Shown here: piece by piece, positions 30,136 through 41,261 of the stretch
How the letters are laid out: each line of letters opens with the position of its first letter
Position numbering within the stretch: position 1 is the stretch's first letter
DNA from: an uncultured Actinomycetota bacterium
GTDB lineage: Bacteria > Actinomycetota > Actinomycetes > Propionibacteriales > Nocardioidaceae
NCBI GenBank assembly: GCA_963707845.1
Contig: CAVPRL010000002.1
Location: 123,532-187,531 of the forward strand
Direction: 5' to 3'
DNA length: 64,000 bases
Position numbers and translations under genes: made by a program
Notes under the pieces: generated by a model
What the model saw: only the letters and a program-made list of their open reading frames with translations
Database searches by the model: none
Told to the model about the DNA's origin: nothing

Positions 30136-30960
30136 ATGCCCCACGTGACCACCGACGACGGATCACAGATCTTCTACAAGGACTGGGGCACCGACGGGCC
30201 CCCGGTCATCCTCAGCCACGGCTGGCCCCTGAACGCCGATGCCTGGGAGGCCACCGCCCTCGTGCTCGCCGAGCACGGCTTCCGCGCGATCGCCCACGAC
30301 CGCCGCGGGCACGGACGGTCCAGCCAGACCTGGCACGGCAACGAGATGGACACGTACGCCGACGACCTCGCCTGCCTCATCGAGAGCCTCGGCCTGACCG
30401 GGGTCACCCTGGTCGGCCACTCCACCGGCGGCGGCGAGATCGTCCACTACGTCGGCCGCCACGGCACCGACCGGGTGGCCCGGCTGGTCCTCGTCGGCGC
30501 CGTACCGCCATTGATGCTGCGGACCGACGACAACCCTGAGGGCCTGCCGATCGAGGTCTTCGACGGGATCCGGGCCGGTGAGCGCGCGAACCGCTCCCAG
30601 CTCTACCGCGACCTGGCCGACGGGCCGTTCTTCGGCCACAACCGCAACGGCGACGTCGCGCAGGGGCTCCGGGACGCGTTCTGGCTCCAGAGCATGGCCT
30701 GCGGTCACCGCGGCGCCTACGAGTGCATCGCCGCCTTCTCGGCGACCGACTTCCGCCCGGACCTGGCCAAGATCGACGTCCCGACCCTGGTCATCCACGG
30801 CGACGACGACCAGATCGTGCCGTTCGAGGTCGGCGGCAAACGCTCCGCCGAGCTCATCGACGGCGCCGTCCTCAAGGTCTACGAAGGCGGCGCCCACGCC
30901 CTCCCCGACACCGACCGCGAACGCCTGCACGCCGACCTGCTCGAGTTCCTCAACAGCTGA
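30136..30960 (+). CDS. Non-heme chloroperoxidase/arylesterase-type alpha/beta hydrolase
   Basis: [27 protein letters not shown]; AGGAGG RBS. Confidence 0.92.
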   Translation: MPHVTTDDGSQIFYKDWGTDGPPVILSHGWPLNADAWEATALVLAEHGFRAIAHDRRGHGRSSQTWHGNEMDTYADDLACLIESLGLTGVTLVGHSTGGGEIVHYVGRHGTDRVARLVLVGAVPPLMLRTDDNPEGLPIEVFDGIRAGERANRSQLYRDLADGPFFGHNRNGDVAQGLRDAFWLQSMACGHRGAYECIAAFSATDFRPDLAKIDVPTLVIHGDDDQIVPFEVGGKRSAELIDGAVLKVYEGGAHALPDTDRERLHADLLEFLNS

Positions 30961-30975
30961 CTAGGAGCCTTACCC

Positions 30976-31806
30976 ATGACCGACTTCACCCCCGACACCA
31001 TCGTCCTCGTCCACGGACTCTGGATGACCCCGCGCAGCTGGGAGGGCTGGGTCGCCCACTACGAGGCGCAGGGCTACCAGGTCCTCACCCCGGCGTACCC
31101 CGGCTTCGAGATCGAGGTCGAGGCACTCCGCGAGAACCCGGACGTCATCGCCAACCAGACGGTGCCCGCGATCATCGACCACATCACCGAGATCATCAAC
31201 GGGCTCGACCAGCCGCCGATCATCATGGGCCACTCCTTCGGCGGCACGATCACCCAGCTGCTGCTCGACCGCGGCCTCGGCTGCTCCGGCGTGGTCATCG
31301 ACTCCGCGCCGACCGAGGGCGTGCGGGTCAACCCGGTGTCGCAGGCCCGGTCGCTGTTCCCGGTGCTGAAGAACCCGGCCAACCGGCACCGCGCCGCCGG
31401 CTTCACCCCCGAGGAGTTCCACTACGCGTTCACCAACACGCTGAGCAAGGAGGAGTCCGACCAGGTCTACGACCGCTACCACATCGCCGCGCCCGGCTCG
31501 TTCGTGTGGGAGTTCGGCCTGTTCGCGAACTTCAAGCCCGGCAAGCAGGACACCTGGGTCAACTACGGCAACGACGACCGCGCGCCGCTGCTCTTCATCG
31601 CCGGCGGCGACGACCACATCATGCCGCCGTCGGTGAACAAGTCGAACTACAAGCACTGGAAGAAGAAGTCGGCGGCGCTCACCGAGTACCACGAGTTCCC
31701 CGGCCGCTCGCACTGGACGTGCGCGGAGCCGGGCTGGGAGGAGATCGCGGACACCGCGCTCTCCTGGGCCGTCGTGCACGCCTCCGCCCACGCCTCGCAG
31801 GCCTGA
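30976..31806 (+). CDS. Alpha/beta hydrolase
   Basis: VHGLW, GHSFGG, DH and GRSH catalytic positions. Confidence 0.9.
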   Translation: MTDFTPDTIVLVHGLWMTPRSWEGWVAHYEAQGYQVLTPAYPGFEIEVEALRENPDVIANQTVPAIIDHITEIINGLDQPPIIMGHSFGGTITQLLLDRGLGCSGVVIDSAPTEGVRVNPVSQARSLFPVLKNPANRHRAAGFTPEEFHYAFTNTLSKEESDQVYDRYHIAAPGSFVWEFGLFANFKPGKQDTWVNYGNDDRAPLLFIAGGDDHIMPPSVNKSNYKHWKKKSAALTEYHEFPGRSHWTCAEPGWEEIADTALSWAVVHASAHASQA

Positions 31807-31809
31807 GCC

Positions 31810-32598
31810 GTGACCGTCCCCGTGCGCCTCACCCACATCGGTGGTCCGACGCTGCTGGTCGAGGCGCACGGGTGGCGGATCCTCAGCGACCCGACCTTCG
31901 ACCCACCCGGCCGCCGCTACGGCTTCGGCTGGGGCACGTCGTCGGTGAAGACCACCGGACCCGCCGTACCTGCTGACCACCTGGGGCCGCTGGACCTGGT
32001 GCTGCTCAGCCACGACCACCACGCCGACAACCTCGACGACGCGGGCCGGGCGCTGCTGCCCGGCGCCCGGTCGGTGGTCACCACGCCGTCGGGTGCCCGC
32101 CGGTTGGCGGCGGCCAACACCAGCGGCCTGGCGCCCTGGGCCACGACCACGCTCAGCTCTCCGGGGCTGCCGGACCTCACGATCACCGCGACCCCGTGTC
32201 GCCACGGGCCTCCGCTGAGCCGGCCCATCGCCGGAGAGGTCGTCGGCTTCGCGCTGCGGTGGGCCGACGACCCGGCGGTCGTGTGGATCTCCGGCGACAC
32301 GGTCCTGTACGACGGGGTCCGGGAGGTCGCCGCACGGTTGGAGGTGGACGTCGCGGTGCTGCACCTCGGCTCGGTGCGCTTCGGCCTCACCGGGCCGCTG
32401 CGCTACTCGATGTCGGGTCGCGACGCGCTGGAGCTGGTCGAGCTGATCGGCCCGCGCGTCGCCGTACCCGTGCACTTCGAGGGCTGGAGCCACTTCTCCG
32501 AGCAGGAGGAGGCGCTCCACGACGTGCTGGACACGGCCGACGCCGACGTACGCGCGCGGCTGCGGTGGCTAACCCGGGGCGAGCCGCTCGACGTGTGA
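31810..32598 (+). CDS. MBL-fold metallo-hydrolase
   Basis: SHDHHADNLD, SGDT, PVH. Confidence 0.88.
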   Translation: MTVPVRLTHIGGPTLLVEAHGWRILSDPTFDPPGRRYGFGWGTSSVKTTGPAVPADHLGPLDLVLLSHDHHADNLDDAGRALLPGARSVVTTPSGARRLAAANTSGLAPWATTTLSSPGLPDLTITATPCRHGPPLSRPIAGEVVGFALRWADDPAVVWISGDTVLYDGVREVAARLEVDVAVLHLGSVRFGLTGPLRYSMSGRDALELVELIGPRVAVPVHFEGWSHFSEQEEALHDVLDTADADVRARLRWLTRGEPLDV

Positions 32599-32602
32599 GC
32601 GG

Positions 32603-33151
32603 TCAGGAGCTGGCGAGCGGCTCGGTCCACGAGCGCGGCTCGCCGAGCCAGTCCACGACCGGGTGCGAGCCGTCGAACTCGTCGCGCATCTTGATCCCGA
32701 TCCGCACGCTCGCCGGCGAGCCCAGGCAGTCGCGCGCAGCCCGGAACGTCAGCCGGTCCTCGGCGAAGTCGAGCCGCACGTGGTGGGCGCAGGTCAGCGG
32801 CTCTCCCACAGCCTCACCCCCGCGCACCTTCATCAGCTGGAAGTCGGTGCCCGACTGGAGACCGGTGGTGAGCCGGAACTCGGCGCCGGCCCGGTCGGCG
32901 CGGGTGTCGATGAGCATCGTCAGCCCCGACGGCCCACCCGTCGAACGACGGCGCAGGTCGGTGAACCGAACCTTGACGACGAGCTGGGCTGCCCGGTGGT
33001 CGACCACGACCGAGCGGATGTCGTCGAGCGAGGCGGTGGCGTCCGCCGGGTCGGCGAACCTGGCCTTGTCGGCGTACGCCGGTCCGGCGACGACGGTCGC
33101 CGTCACCATCGCGGCGACCGCGGTCGTGAGGACCCGAGTCCTGTGCTTCAT
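32603..33151 (-). CDS. Secreted hypothetical protein
   Basis: Signal peptide ending AYA; GGAGG RBS; two Cys. Confidence 0.7.
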   Translation of the reverse strand: MKHRTRVLTTAVAAMVTATVVAGPAYADKARFADPADATASLDDIRSVVVDHRAAQLVVKVRFTDLRRRSTGGPSGLTMLIDTRADRAGAEFRLTTGLQSGTDFQLMKVRGGEAVGEPLTCAHHVRLDFAEDRLTFRAARDCLGSPASVRIGIKMRDEFDGSHPVVDWLGEPRSWTEPLASS

Positions 33152-33219
33152 GAGTGCCTCCCGGCGGTGGGTGTACCCCTCAGACTCCTCAAGTCTCCGC
33201 TCGGTTGCAATCGCGATTG

Positions 33220-33696
33220 TCAGTGGCACCCTGAGGACACGATGCGGTTGTACGTCAAACGGTCCGCTTCGGTGTCAGCGTCGACCCATCCCCAATGGCT
33301 CTCGATCTGTTCGACCTTCTGACCGGTGGCGGGGCCGTAGTTGCCGTCGCGATTCTCGGTGATATCGCTGAGTGCACCGCACTTGATCAGGATCTCCTGC
33401 CAGCTCAGCGCCACAGCACCCGTGACCCCGACATCGGCACGCCCGGGGTAGTCGGGCCAGTCGTCAGCTGTTCGCGACCGGTTGGGGGACGGTGCGGAAG
33501 CGGGGCTCGAGGGTGCTGTCGGGCTGGTCGACGAAGGTGAGCCTGCCGACGAGATCGAGCTGCCGGCCGGAGAGCTGTCGCGCGGCAGCAGGAAGGTCAG
33601 GAGCGCGACGACGGCGCCGATCACCGCGGCGACTCCCGTCAGTGCCCCGCTGAGGCCGCGCCAAAAGCTCGGCTTCTGTTGATCGGTTTCGGCCAT
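33220..33696 (-). CDS. Membrane-anchored protein with Ser/Pro linker and PG-binding-like C-terminal domain
   Basis: N-terminal TM, S/P-rich linker, WQEIL...DGNYGPATGQKV resembling the PG_binding_1 DGxxGxxT motif. Confidence 0.6.
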   Translation of the reverse strand: MAETDQQKPSFWRGLSGALTGVAAVIGAVVALLTFLLPRDSSPAGSSISSAGSPSSTSPTAPSSPASAPSPNRSRTADDWPDYPGRADVGVTGAVALSWQEILIKCGALSDITENRDGNYGPATGQKVEQIESHWGWVDADTEADRLTYNRIVSSGCH

Positions 33697-33806
33697 GCGC
33701 ACCGCCGCGTGATCGGATGTCGCCCTACGCGCGGGTACCGCGGTACTCGCGATCTGACCAGCATCCTGGCGTCAGTGCCGCAAAGTCAACGGACTTCTGC
33801 TCCGAC

Positions 33807-35252
<1,446 letters not shown>

Positions 35253-35388
35253 CTCTCGTCAACGACGGTCAAAACAGATCTAGGGCGCGGCCCGTCCCGG
35301 AGACGTCAAGAGCCGCGATGGACATTCTGCCACGCACCCCCTGAGATTCCGGCAACCGGGGCGATGCCGGTCCGGACCTCCCGTCGGT

Positions 35389-35961
35389 TCAGCCGGCCTG
35401 CGCCTTGGCCTCGGCCTTCTTCTGCTTCTTGAAGTCACGCACCTTCTGCAGGCTGGCGCCGTCCACGACGTCGGCCACCGACCGGTAGCCGTCCTCGGCG
35501 TACGCACCGACGACGGCCTCCCACCCTTCGGGTCGTACGTCGAACTGCTTGGCCACCAGCGCGACGAAGATCTGCGCCTTCTGCTTGCCGAAGCCGGGTA
35601 ACGCCTGCATCCGCTTGAGGAAGTCGCGGCCGTCAGCGGCCTCGGTCCAGATCCGCTCGGCATGGCCGTCGTACTCGTCCTCGACGATCTTGGCGAGCTC
35701 CTGCAGCCGCGCCGACATCGAGCCCGGGAACCGGTGGATCGCCGGCGGCGTCGAGCAGAGGGCCGCGAACTCGACGGGGTCTGCGGCCGCGATCCGCGCC
35801 GGCTCGAGCGTGCCGAACCGGTCGAGCACCTTGGCCGGGCCGCGGAACGCGTGCTCCATCGGGTACTGCTGGTCGAGCATCATCCCGACGAGCAGGGCGA
35901 ACGGGTCGTCGGTCAAGACTTGGTCGGCGGCGTCGTCACCGGTGATGTGAATCGTGGCCAT
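35389..35961 (-). CDS. HhH-GPD-type base excision repair family protein
   Basis: GMMLDQQ, HRFPGSM, LPGFGKQKAQIF, RSVADV. Confidence 0.88.
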   Translation of the reverse strand: MATIHITGDDAADQVLTDDPFALLVGMMLDQQYPMEHAFRGPAKVLDRFGTLEPARIAAADPVEFAALCSTPPAIHRFPGSMSARLQELAKIVEDEYDGHAERIWTEAADGRDFLKRMQALPGFGKQKAQIFVALVAKQFDVRPEGWEAVVGAYAEDGYRSVADVVDGASLQKVRDFKKQKKAEAKAQAG

Positions 35962-35966
35962 GCCCT

Positions 35967-36040
35967 CATCTTGCCGCAGACCTCCGGGAGGTCATACGGA
36001 CGGAGCAACCGGGTGCTCCGGCCGCATGACGTCCCGAGCC
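35967..36040. repeat. 74-bp hairpin-containing direct repeat, copy 1
   Basis: 67/74 identical by eye to 36435-36508; internal IR CGGGAGGTCATACGG...CCGCATGACGTCCCG. Confidence 0.9.
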
Positions 36041-36045
36041 GACCA

Positions 36046-36429
36046 TCAGACGGTCGGGGGCACCCGGCCGTGGACCATGTGATGAAGCCAGGTCGGCCGC
36101 GCGGGCCATTGCTCCGACCACGCATTCTGCAGGACCTGGTTGGCCACCGTGCGCGGATCGGGGGCCGCCTCGGGGCCACCCAATGATGCCAACGCGGCTG
36201 TCAGCCGGTCGGCGGCAACCTGCCCGGCCCATCGCAACCCGCCATGGTCGGCGGCGAGCGCGAGCACTTCGCCGTCGAGACCAAAGAACTCAGCCTCGTC
36301 GACCTCTGCCGGAGGGATCCGTGGCAGGTCGGCCAGAAGGCTCGCGGTACGACGGAAGAACCGGACGATGTCTGGAGGCGCGAGAACAAACACGGGACCG
36401 CGCCACGCGCCGTCCTCGGTCATGACCAC
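36046..36429 (-). CDS. Orphan hypothetical protein between the direct repeats
   Basis: 127-aa ORF fills the inter-repeat space almost exactly. Confidence 0.6.
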   Translation of the reverse strand: MVMTEDGAWRGPVFVLAPPDIVRFFRRTASLLADLPRIPPAEVDEAEFFGLDGEVLALAADHGGLRWAGQVAADRLTAALASLGGPEAAPDPRTVANQVLQNAWSEQWPARPTWLHHMVHGRVPPTV

Positions 36430-36434
36430 ACCCG

Positions 36435-36508
36435 CATCCTGCCGCAGACCTCCGGGAGGTCATACGGACAGAGCAGGCGGATGCTCCAACCGCATGACGT
36501 CCCGAGCC
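36435..36508. repeat. 74-bp hairpin-containing direct repeat, copy 2
   Basis: Direct repeat of 35967-36040. Confidence 0.9.
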
Positions 36509-36523
36509 CGCGGGAGCGCTGCG

Positions 36524-36925
36524 TCAGTCGGCCTTGACCGCCAACACCGGGCAGTGCGCGTCGAGCAGGATGCGTTGGGCGTTGCTGCCGAGGATCAGCT
36601 TGCCGACGGGCGAGCGGCGGCGCAGGCCGATGACGATCAACTCGGCCTGGTTGGCCTCGGCGATGCTGATCAGGTCCTCGGCGGGCTCGAAGCCGCGCAC
36701 CAGCTGGCGGATCTCGTAGTGGACCCCGGCCCCGTCGAGCACGGAGCGCACGGCACCCATCTCGCGGTCGGCCTGGGTCGAGGCGTCCTGGTCGAAGTCG
36801 GCGCCGCCTCGCTGCGAGTTCACCACGACCAGACTCGCCGACCGGAGCTTCGCCTCGGCGATGGCCGTCTGCAGCGCGGCCTCACCCTCGGGCTTGGGCA
36901 CGTATCCCACGACGACGGTTCCCAT
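36524..36925 (-). CDS. Universal stress protein
   Basis: TVVVGY, LIVIGLRRRSPVGKLILGSNAQRILLDAHCPVLAV; GGAGG RBS. Confidence 0.92.
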   Translation of the reverse strand: MGTVVVGYVPKPEGEAALQTAIAEAKLRSASLVVVNSQRGGADFDQDASTQADREMGAVRSVLDGAGVHYEIRQLVRGFEPAEDLISIAEANQAELIVIGLRRRSPVGKLILGSNAQRILLDAHCPVLAVKAD

Positions 36926-37068
36926 CGATCCTCCCAAGGTGGTGGCTGCCGGACGGGCCGGGAGCCCACCGGCACCGTAACCGATCCGGCCGCGGCCATG
37001 CAGCCTGTGGACGAGCCGGGCGGGCGTCGTGCGGATCGGGCAAGAGTGAGGGACCGCCGACGACGGAG

Positions 37069-37512
37069 GTGAAGGCGATCGACGGCATTCACGAGCCACT
37101 GAGCCGACCGCTGCACACCGTGCTGCGCCGAGCCGTCGCCGACCACGTGGCCCGCGAGCGACGCCGGGTCCACCCGCCGCTGCTGCACGTCGGTTGGCCG
37201 GGTGGTCCGGAGGACGTCTTCGTGGTCGCGCCGGACGAGGAGCTCGACCATGCCCTGCGCACCGACGTCGTGGCGGCTCTGCTGCACACCTCACGGCGGC
37301 ACGCACCCGTGGCCGGCGCGGTCCCGATGCTGTGGCTGACCCGGTCGGGTCCGCTCGAGGTCGGCGACGTCGACCTGGCCTGGCTTGCCGCGGCACGCTC
37401 GGCGAGCGCCGAGGCGGCGGTCGACCTGATGCTCGTGGTGGTGACCCGACGGGGCTGGTTCGACCCGCGCACCGACGTACGGCGTGAGTGGAAGCGGCTG
37501 CGCGACCGGTGA
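37069..37512 (+). CDS. Hypothetical protein
   Basis: 147-aa ORF; WLTRSG...DLAW...VVTRRGW. Confidence 0.65.
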   Translation: MKAIDGIHEPLSRPLHTVLRRAVADHVARERRRVHPPLLHVGWPGGPEDVFVVAPDEELDHALRTDVVAALLHTSRRHAPVAGAVPMLWLTRSGPLEVGDVDLAWLAAARSASAEAAVDLMLVVVTRRGWFDPRTDVRREWKRLRDR

Positions 37513-37518
37513 GAGTCG

Positions 37519-38982
37519 TCAGTCCCAGGTGTGGGCTGGCTCGTTGGTGTGCATCCGGTCGCGGTAGTCGAGCAGGGCCGCCCGGAGCGCGTCGTAGCGG
37601 TCCCGGTTGCCCTCGGCGCGCACCCGCTGGACGAACCACTCGGCGCCGTTGGTCCCGAGCAGGCAGCGCTGCTCGATGATCCCGAGCAGCCGGTCCGACT
37701 CCTCGGTGGACGCGCCCCACGACGCGAGCCCCTCACGGGCCATCGGCAGCAGCCGGCGCAGCACCAGCTCGGTCGCGCGCACCTGGCCCACGCCAGGCCA
37801 GTAGATCTGCGCGTCGACGCCCTGCCGGGCGGCGACGTGGAAGTTCTCCTCGGCGGCGCTGAAGGACATCTGAGACCACAGCGGCCGCTCGCTCTCGGCG
37901 AGCGCCCGGACCAGGCCGAAGTAGAACGCGGCGTTGGCGATGGTGTCGGCGACGGTCGGCCCGGCGGCCAGCAGACGGTTCTCGACCCGCAGGTGCGGCA
38001 CTCCCCCGGCGACGTCGTACACCGGGCGGTTCCAGCGGTAGATGGTGCCGTTGTGCAGGCGCAGCTCGGGCAGCCGCGGGGTGCCGCCGTCCTCGAGCAC
38101 CGCCAGCGGGTCCTCGTCGTCGGTGACCGGCAGCAGCGCCGGGAAGAACCGGACGTTCTCCTCGAACAGGTCGAAGACGGAGGTGATCCACCGCTCGCCG
38201 AACCACACCCGCGGACGGACGCCCTGCGCCTTCAGCTCCTCGCTGCGGGTGTCGGTCGCCTGCTCGAAGAGCGGGATCCGGGTCTCGCGCCACAGCTCCT
38301 TGCCCAAGAGGTACGGCGAGTTGGCGCCCACCGCCACCTGCACGGCCGCCATCGCCTGCGACGCGTTCCAGTACGCCGCGAACTGGTCCGGCGAGGTCTG
38401 CACGTGGAACTGGGTGCTGGTGCAGGCTGCCTCCGGCACGATCGAGTCCGAGGTGGTGCGCAGCCGCTCCGGGCCGTCGATCGCGATCGTGATGTCCTCG
38501 CCTCGGGCGTTGAGGATCTGCTCGCTCAGCAGCTTGTAGCGCGGGTTGGCGCTCAGGCTGCCCATCCCCATGTGCCCCTCGGCCAGGGTCGGCAGGATGC
38601 CGATCATCACCATGTGCGCACCGATGGCCGCCGACTTCTGCTCGGCGTCGTTGAGGCTGCGCCGCAGGCTCTCCTCGAACGTCGTCAGCCCGCCCTCACG
38701 CAGCTTGGCCGGGGCGCCGTTGATCTCGATGTTGAACTGCCCGAGCTCGGTCTGGAAGTCGGGGTCGGCGATCGCCTCCAGCGCCTCGGCGTTCTTCAGC
38801 GCCGGGTCGCCGACCTCGTCGACCAGGTTGAGCTCGACCTCGAGCCCGGTCATCGGGTCGTCGGTGTCGAAGCGGGCCTCGCGCAGCATCCGGGCGAACA
38901 CGTCGAGGTTGCGGCGCACCTTCTCCCGGTGGCGCGTGCGGTCAGCGCGGGAGAACTCCTGAGCAGCTACCTCTTCGCCCAT
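37519..38982 (-). CDS. Glutamate-cysteine ligase family 2 (GCS2) protein, long form
   Basis: GLEVELNL, TELGQFNIE, EAACTSTQFH, YRWNRP, LRVENR. Confidence 0.88.
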   Translation of the reverse strand: MGEEVAAQEFSRADRTRHREKVRRNLDVFARMLREARFDTDDPMTGLEVELNLVDEVGDPALKNAEALEAIADPDFQTELGQFNIEINGAPAKLREGGLTTFEESLRRSLNDAEQKSAAIGAHMVMIGILPTLAEGHMGMGSLSANPRYKLLSEQILNARGEDITIAIDGPERLRTTSDSIVPEAACTSTQFHVQTSPDQFAAYWNASQAMAAVQVAVGANSPYLLGKELWRETRIPLFEQATDTRSEELKAQGVRPRVWFGERWITSVFDLFEENVRFFPALLPVTDDEDPLAVLEDGGTPRLPELRLHNGTIYRWNRPVYDVAGGVPHLRVENRLLAAGPTVADTIANAAFYFGLVRALAESERPLWSQMSFSAAEENFHVAARQGVDAQIYWPGVGQVRATELVLRRLLPMAREGLASWGASTEESDRLLGIIEQRCLLGTNGAEWFVQRVRAEGNRDRYDALRAALLDYRDRMHTNEPAHTWD

Positions 38983-38991
38983 GACCCGACC

Positions 38992-40128
38992 CTAGTGCCC
39001 ATCCGGGGCGTCCCAGGATGCTTCCGTACGGCGGATCAGGTCGTCCACGACCGCCACGACCTCGCCGCTGCGTTCGTAGGCGGCGCGCTGCCGGGTGGCG
39101 CCGTTGTCACTGACACAGCGTTCGAGCAGGTGCCCGACGCGGTCCAGGTCGCCGGCATCGTCGAGTGCGGGCCGCAGCTCTGCGACCAGTGTCTCGACGA
39201 CCTCACGGGCCTGCCGGAGGCCGCCGGTCGTCGGGTCGACGAGCGTGTCGGACATCCCGAAGCGCGCCGCCCGCCACTGGGCGGCCCGCAGCGTCTCCGC
39301 GCGCCAGCGCAACGAGCGCCGACCCATGCGCTCGTCCTCGGCCGCGGTCTCGACCAACGCCCGCACCAGCGCCACGATCCCCACGGCGATCTCGGGCTCC
39401 GTGCAGACGTCGCACACCCGCACCTCCACGGTCGGATGCTCGGCGGAGAGCCGGGCGTCGTAGTAGAGCATCCCCACGTCGCGAGCCGCTCCGGTCGCGA
39501 TCAGCATGTCGCTCACGGCGGCGTACCCCTCGACGGACCCGAATGGCTCGGTCGGACCGGCGCTCGGCCAGCGGGACCACACCTGCGCTCGCCACGACGC
39601 GTACCCCGAGTCGCGGCCGTCGACGAACGGCGAGTTCGAGCTCAGTGCGAGCAGCGCCGGCAGCCAGGGGGCGATCCGGTCGATGACGGCCACGCCCTCC
39701 GCATCCGAGGAGACCTCGGTGTGCACGTGCATCCCGCAGGTGCCGCCGGTGCGGGCCACCTCGCCGTACATCGCGACCATGTCGCGGTAGCGGTCGTTGG
39801 AGGTGACCACCGACCGGTCGCCGCCCAGCGGCACGATCCCGCAGGCGCCCGCCCGGAGATCGGCCGCCCGCGCGGCCTCGCCGGCCGTCCGTCGTCCAGC
39901 CACGACCTGCGCGAGCACGGCCTCGAGGTCGTTCTCGGGGTCGGTGCGGGTCTCGAGCTGGTGCCGGAACAGCTCCTGATCCAGCTCGTCCGTGGCGGCC
40001 CGCGGCAGCTGACGCCCGGGGCCGTGCTCCCGGAACTCCTTGAGGACTGACGGGGCCGCGGCGACCACCTCCCGGCTCGTGGGGTCGAAGAGCAGCAGCT
40101 CCTCCTCCACTCCCACGGTCCGCGCCAT
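38992..40128 (-). CDS. YbdK-family carboxylate-amine ligase (GCS2)
   Basis: GVEEELLL, CGMHVH, SSNSPF, YYDAR...PTVEVRVCD. Confidence 0.9.
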   Translation of the reverse strand: MARTVGVEEELLLFDPTSREVVAAAPSVLKEFREHGPGRQLPRAATDELDQELFRHQLETRTDPENDLEAVLAQVVAGRRTAGEAARAADLRAGACGIVPLGGDRSVVTSNDRYRDMVAMYGEVARTGGTCGMHVHTEVSSDAEGVAVIDRIAPWLPALLALSSNSPFVDGRDSGYASWRAQVWSRWPSAGPTEPFGSVEGYAAVSDMLIATGAARDVGMLYYDARLSAEHPTVEVRVCDVCTEPEIAVGIVALVRALVETAAEDERMGRRSLRWRAETLRAAQWRAARFGMSDTLVDPTTGGLRQAREVVETLVAELRPALDDAGDLDRVGHLLERCVSDNGATRQRAAYERSGEVVAVVDDLIRRTEASWDAPDGH

Positions 40129-40149
40129 GCCCGTGCACTACCCGGCACC

Positions 40150-41124
40150 TCAGGTCGCCATGCCCACGGTCCAGTCGAAGCCCCCCTCCCAGGTGTCGGG
40201 CGGCACCGCGCGATCCAACAGCTCGGCGACCAGTCCGGCCAACGAGTAGCTCGGATCGACCTCGACGCAGCGGTCGACGGCGCACCACGCGAGGGCGCCC
40301 TGACCGGCCTGCCACGCCGCGAACGCCAGGAGCGCGGCCGGTGCGGGCACGAGCGGGTCCGGGGCTCGGCGGACCACGTCGGCCCAGAGCTCGACGTGCT
40401 CGCGGGCCTGCGGGCGGCACAGGGGCGACCAGGCCGCGTCACGGACCCGGACGTCGAGCATCCCGCGCAGCAACCGGGCGACCTCGGCGTCGTCGGGCGC
40501 GGTGCCCGCCTCGACGTGGCGGACCACGAGCTCCCGCACCCACGCCCCCTCGTCCAGCGCCGGTGGCGGGTCGCCAGTGAGGGCCGCCAGGGCCGGGACC
40601 ACCCGGCCGACCAGCTCGGGATCGGCGGCGACGGTCGCCGCCAGGCGTTCACGGGACGCGTGCACGACCCGGCCGTCGTACACCGCCTGGGCTGCAAACG
40701 GGTGGGCGGACAGGTCATAGAGCACCCCGCCAGCGGGCACACCCGCCCGCCCCGGCACCGGCCACCAGTGGCGGCCGTCGGTGCGCAGCCCGTCGATCAC
40801 CTCGATGCCGGCTCGTCGCAGGGAGCGAGCCGTCTGCTCGAGGGCCTGGTCGGCGAAGCGGTCGCGCTCGCTGTAGACGAGCAGGAACACCCGGGGCACC
40901 CGATGTCGGCGCGCCGGGTCGACGAGCGAGCCGGCCATCGCGACAACCTCGTCGGCGTGGGTCGGCAGGTCGACCCGCGCGTGGAACGGCGGGTCGCAGC
41001 CGAAGGTGAGCATCACCATCGACTCGGTGGGCTCGAAGCCGAGCACGACGGGCACCACGGCGAGGACGTCCTCCGGGGTGCGGGCGGTCAGGGTGGTCGT
41101 GGGGGTGGTCTGGTCTGCGGTCAT
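40150..41124 (-). CDS. DUF4192 domain protein
   Basis: PVVLGFEPTESMV, RVDLP, VRD, AAWQAGQGALA, DPSYSLA. Confidence 0.85.
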   Translation of the reverse strand: MTADQTTPTTTLTARTPEDVLAVVPVVLGFEPTESMVMLTFGCDPPFHARVDLPTHADEVVAMAGSLVDPARRHRVPRVFLLVYSERDRFADQALEQTARSLRRAGIEVIDGLRTDGRHWWPVPGRAGVPAGGVLYDLSAHPFAAQAVYDGRVVHASRERLAATVAADPELVGRVVPALAALTGDPPPALDEGAWVRELVVRHVEAGTAPDDAEVARLLRGMLDVRVRDAAWSPLCRPQAREHVELWADVVRRAPDPLVPAPAALLAFAAWQAGQGALAWCAVDRCVEVDPSYSLAGLVAELLDRAVPPDTWEGGFDWTVGMAT

Positions 41125-41261
41125 GCCGCGACAGTTCCGGGTGGCGCCGACGGTGGCGTGGGGTTGTCAAGCGGGGTTGTGCAGAGTCCTTGAGGACGGT
41201 CGGGCTGTGGACGGAAGGCGGGCCGTCTGGAGCCGTCCGTGCCCCGCGATAGGTTGCCGAC

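Noticed and set aside
35967-36508. CRISPR array or integron attC sites
   Set aside because: Only two copies, 74 bp long with a ~394-bp spacer; no cas or intI gene; no GTTRRRY/RYYYAAC cores
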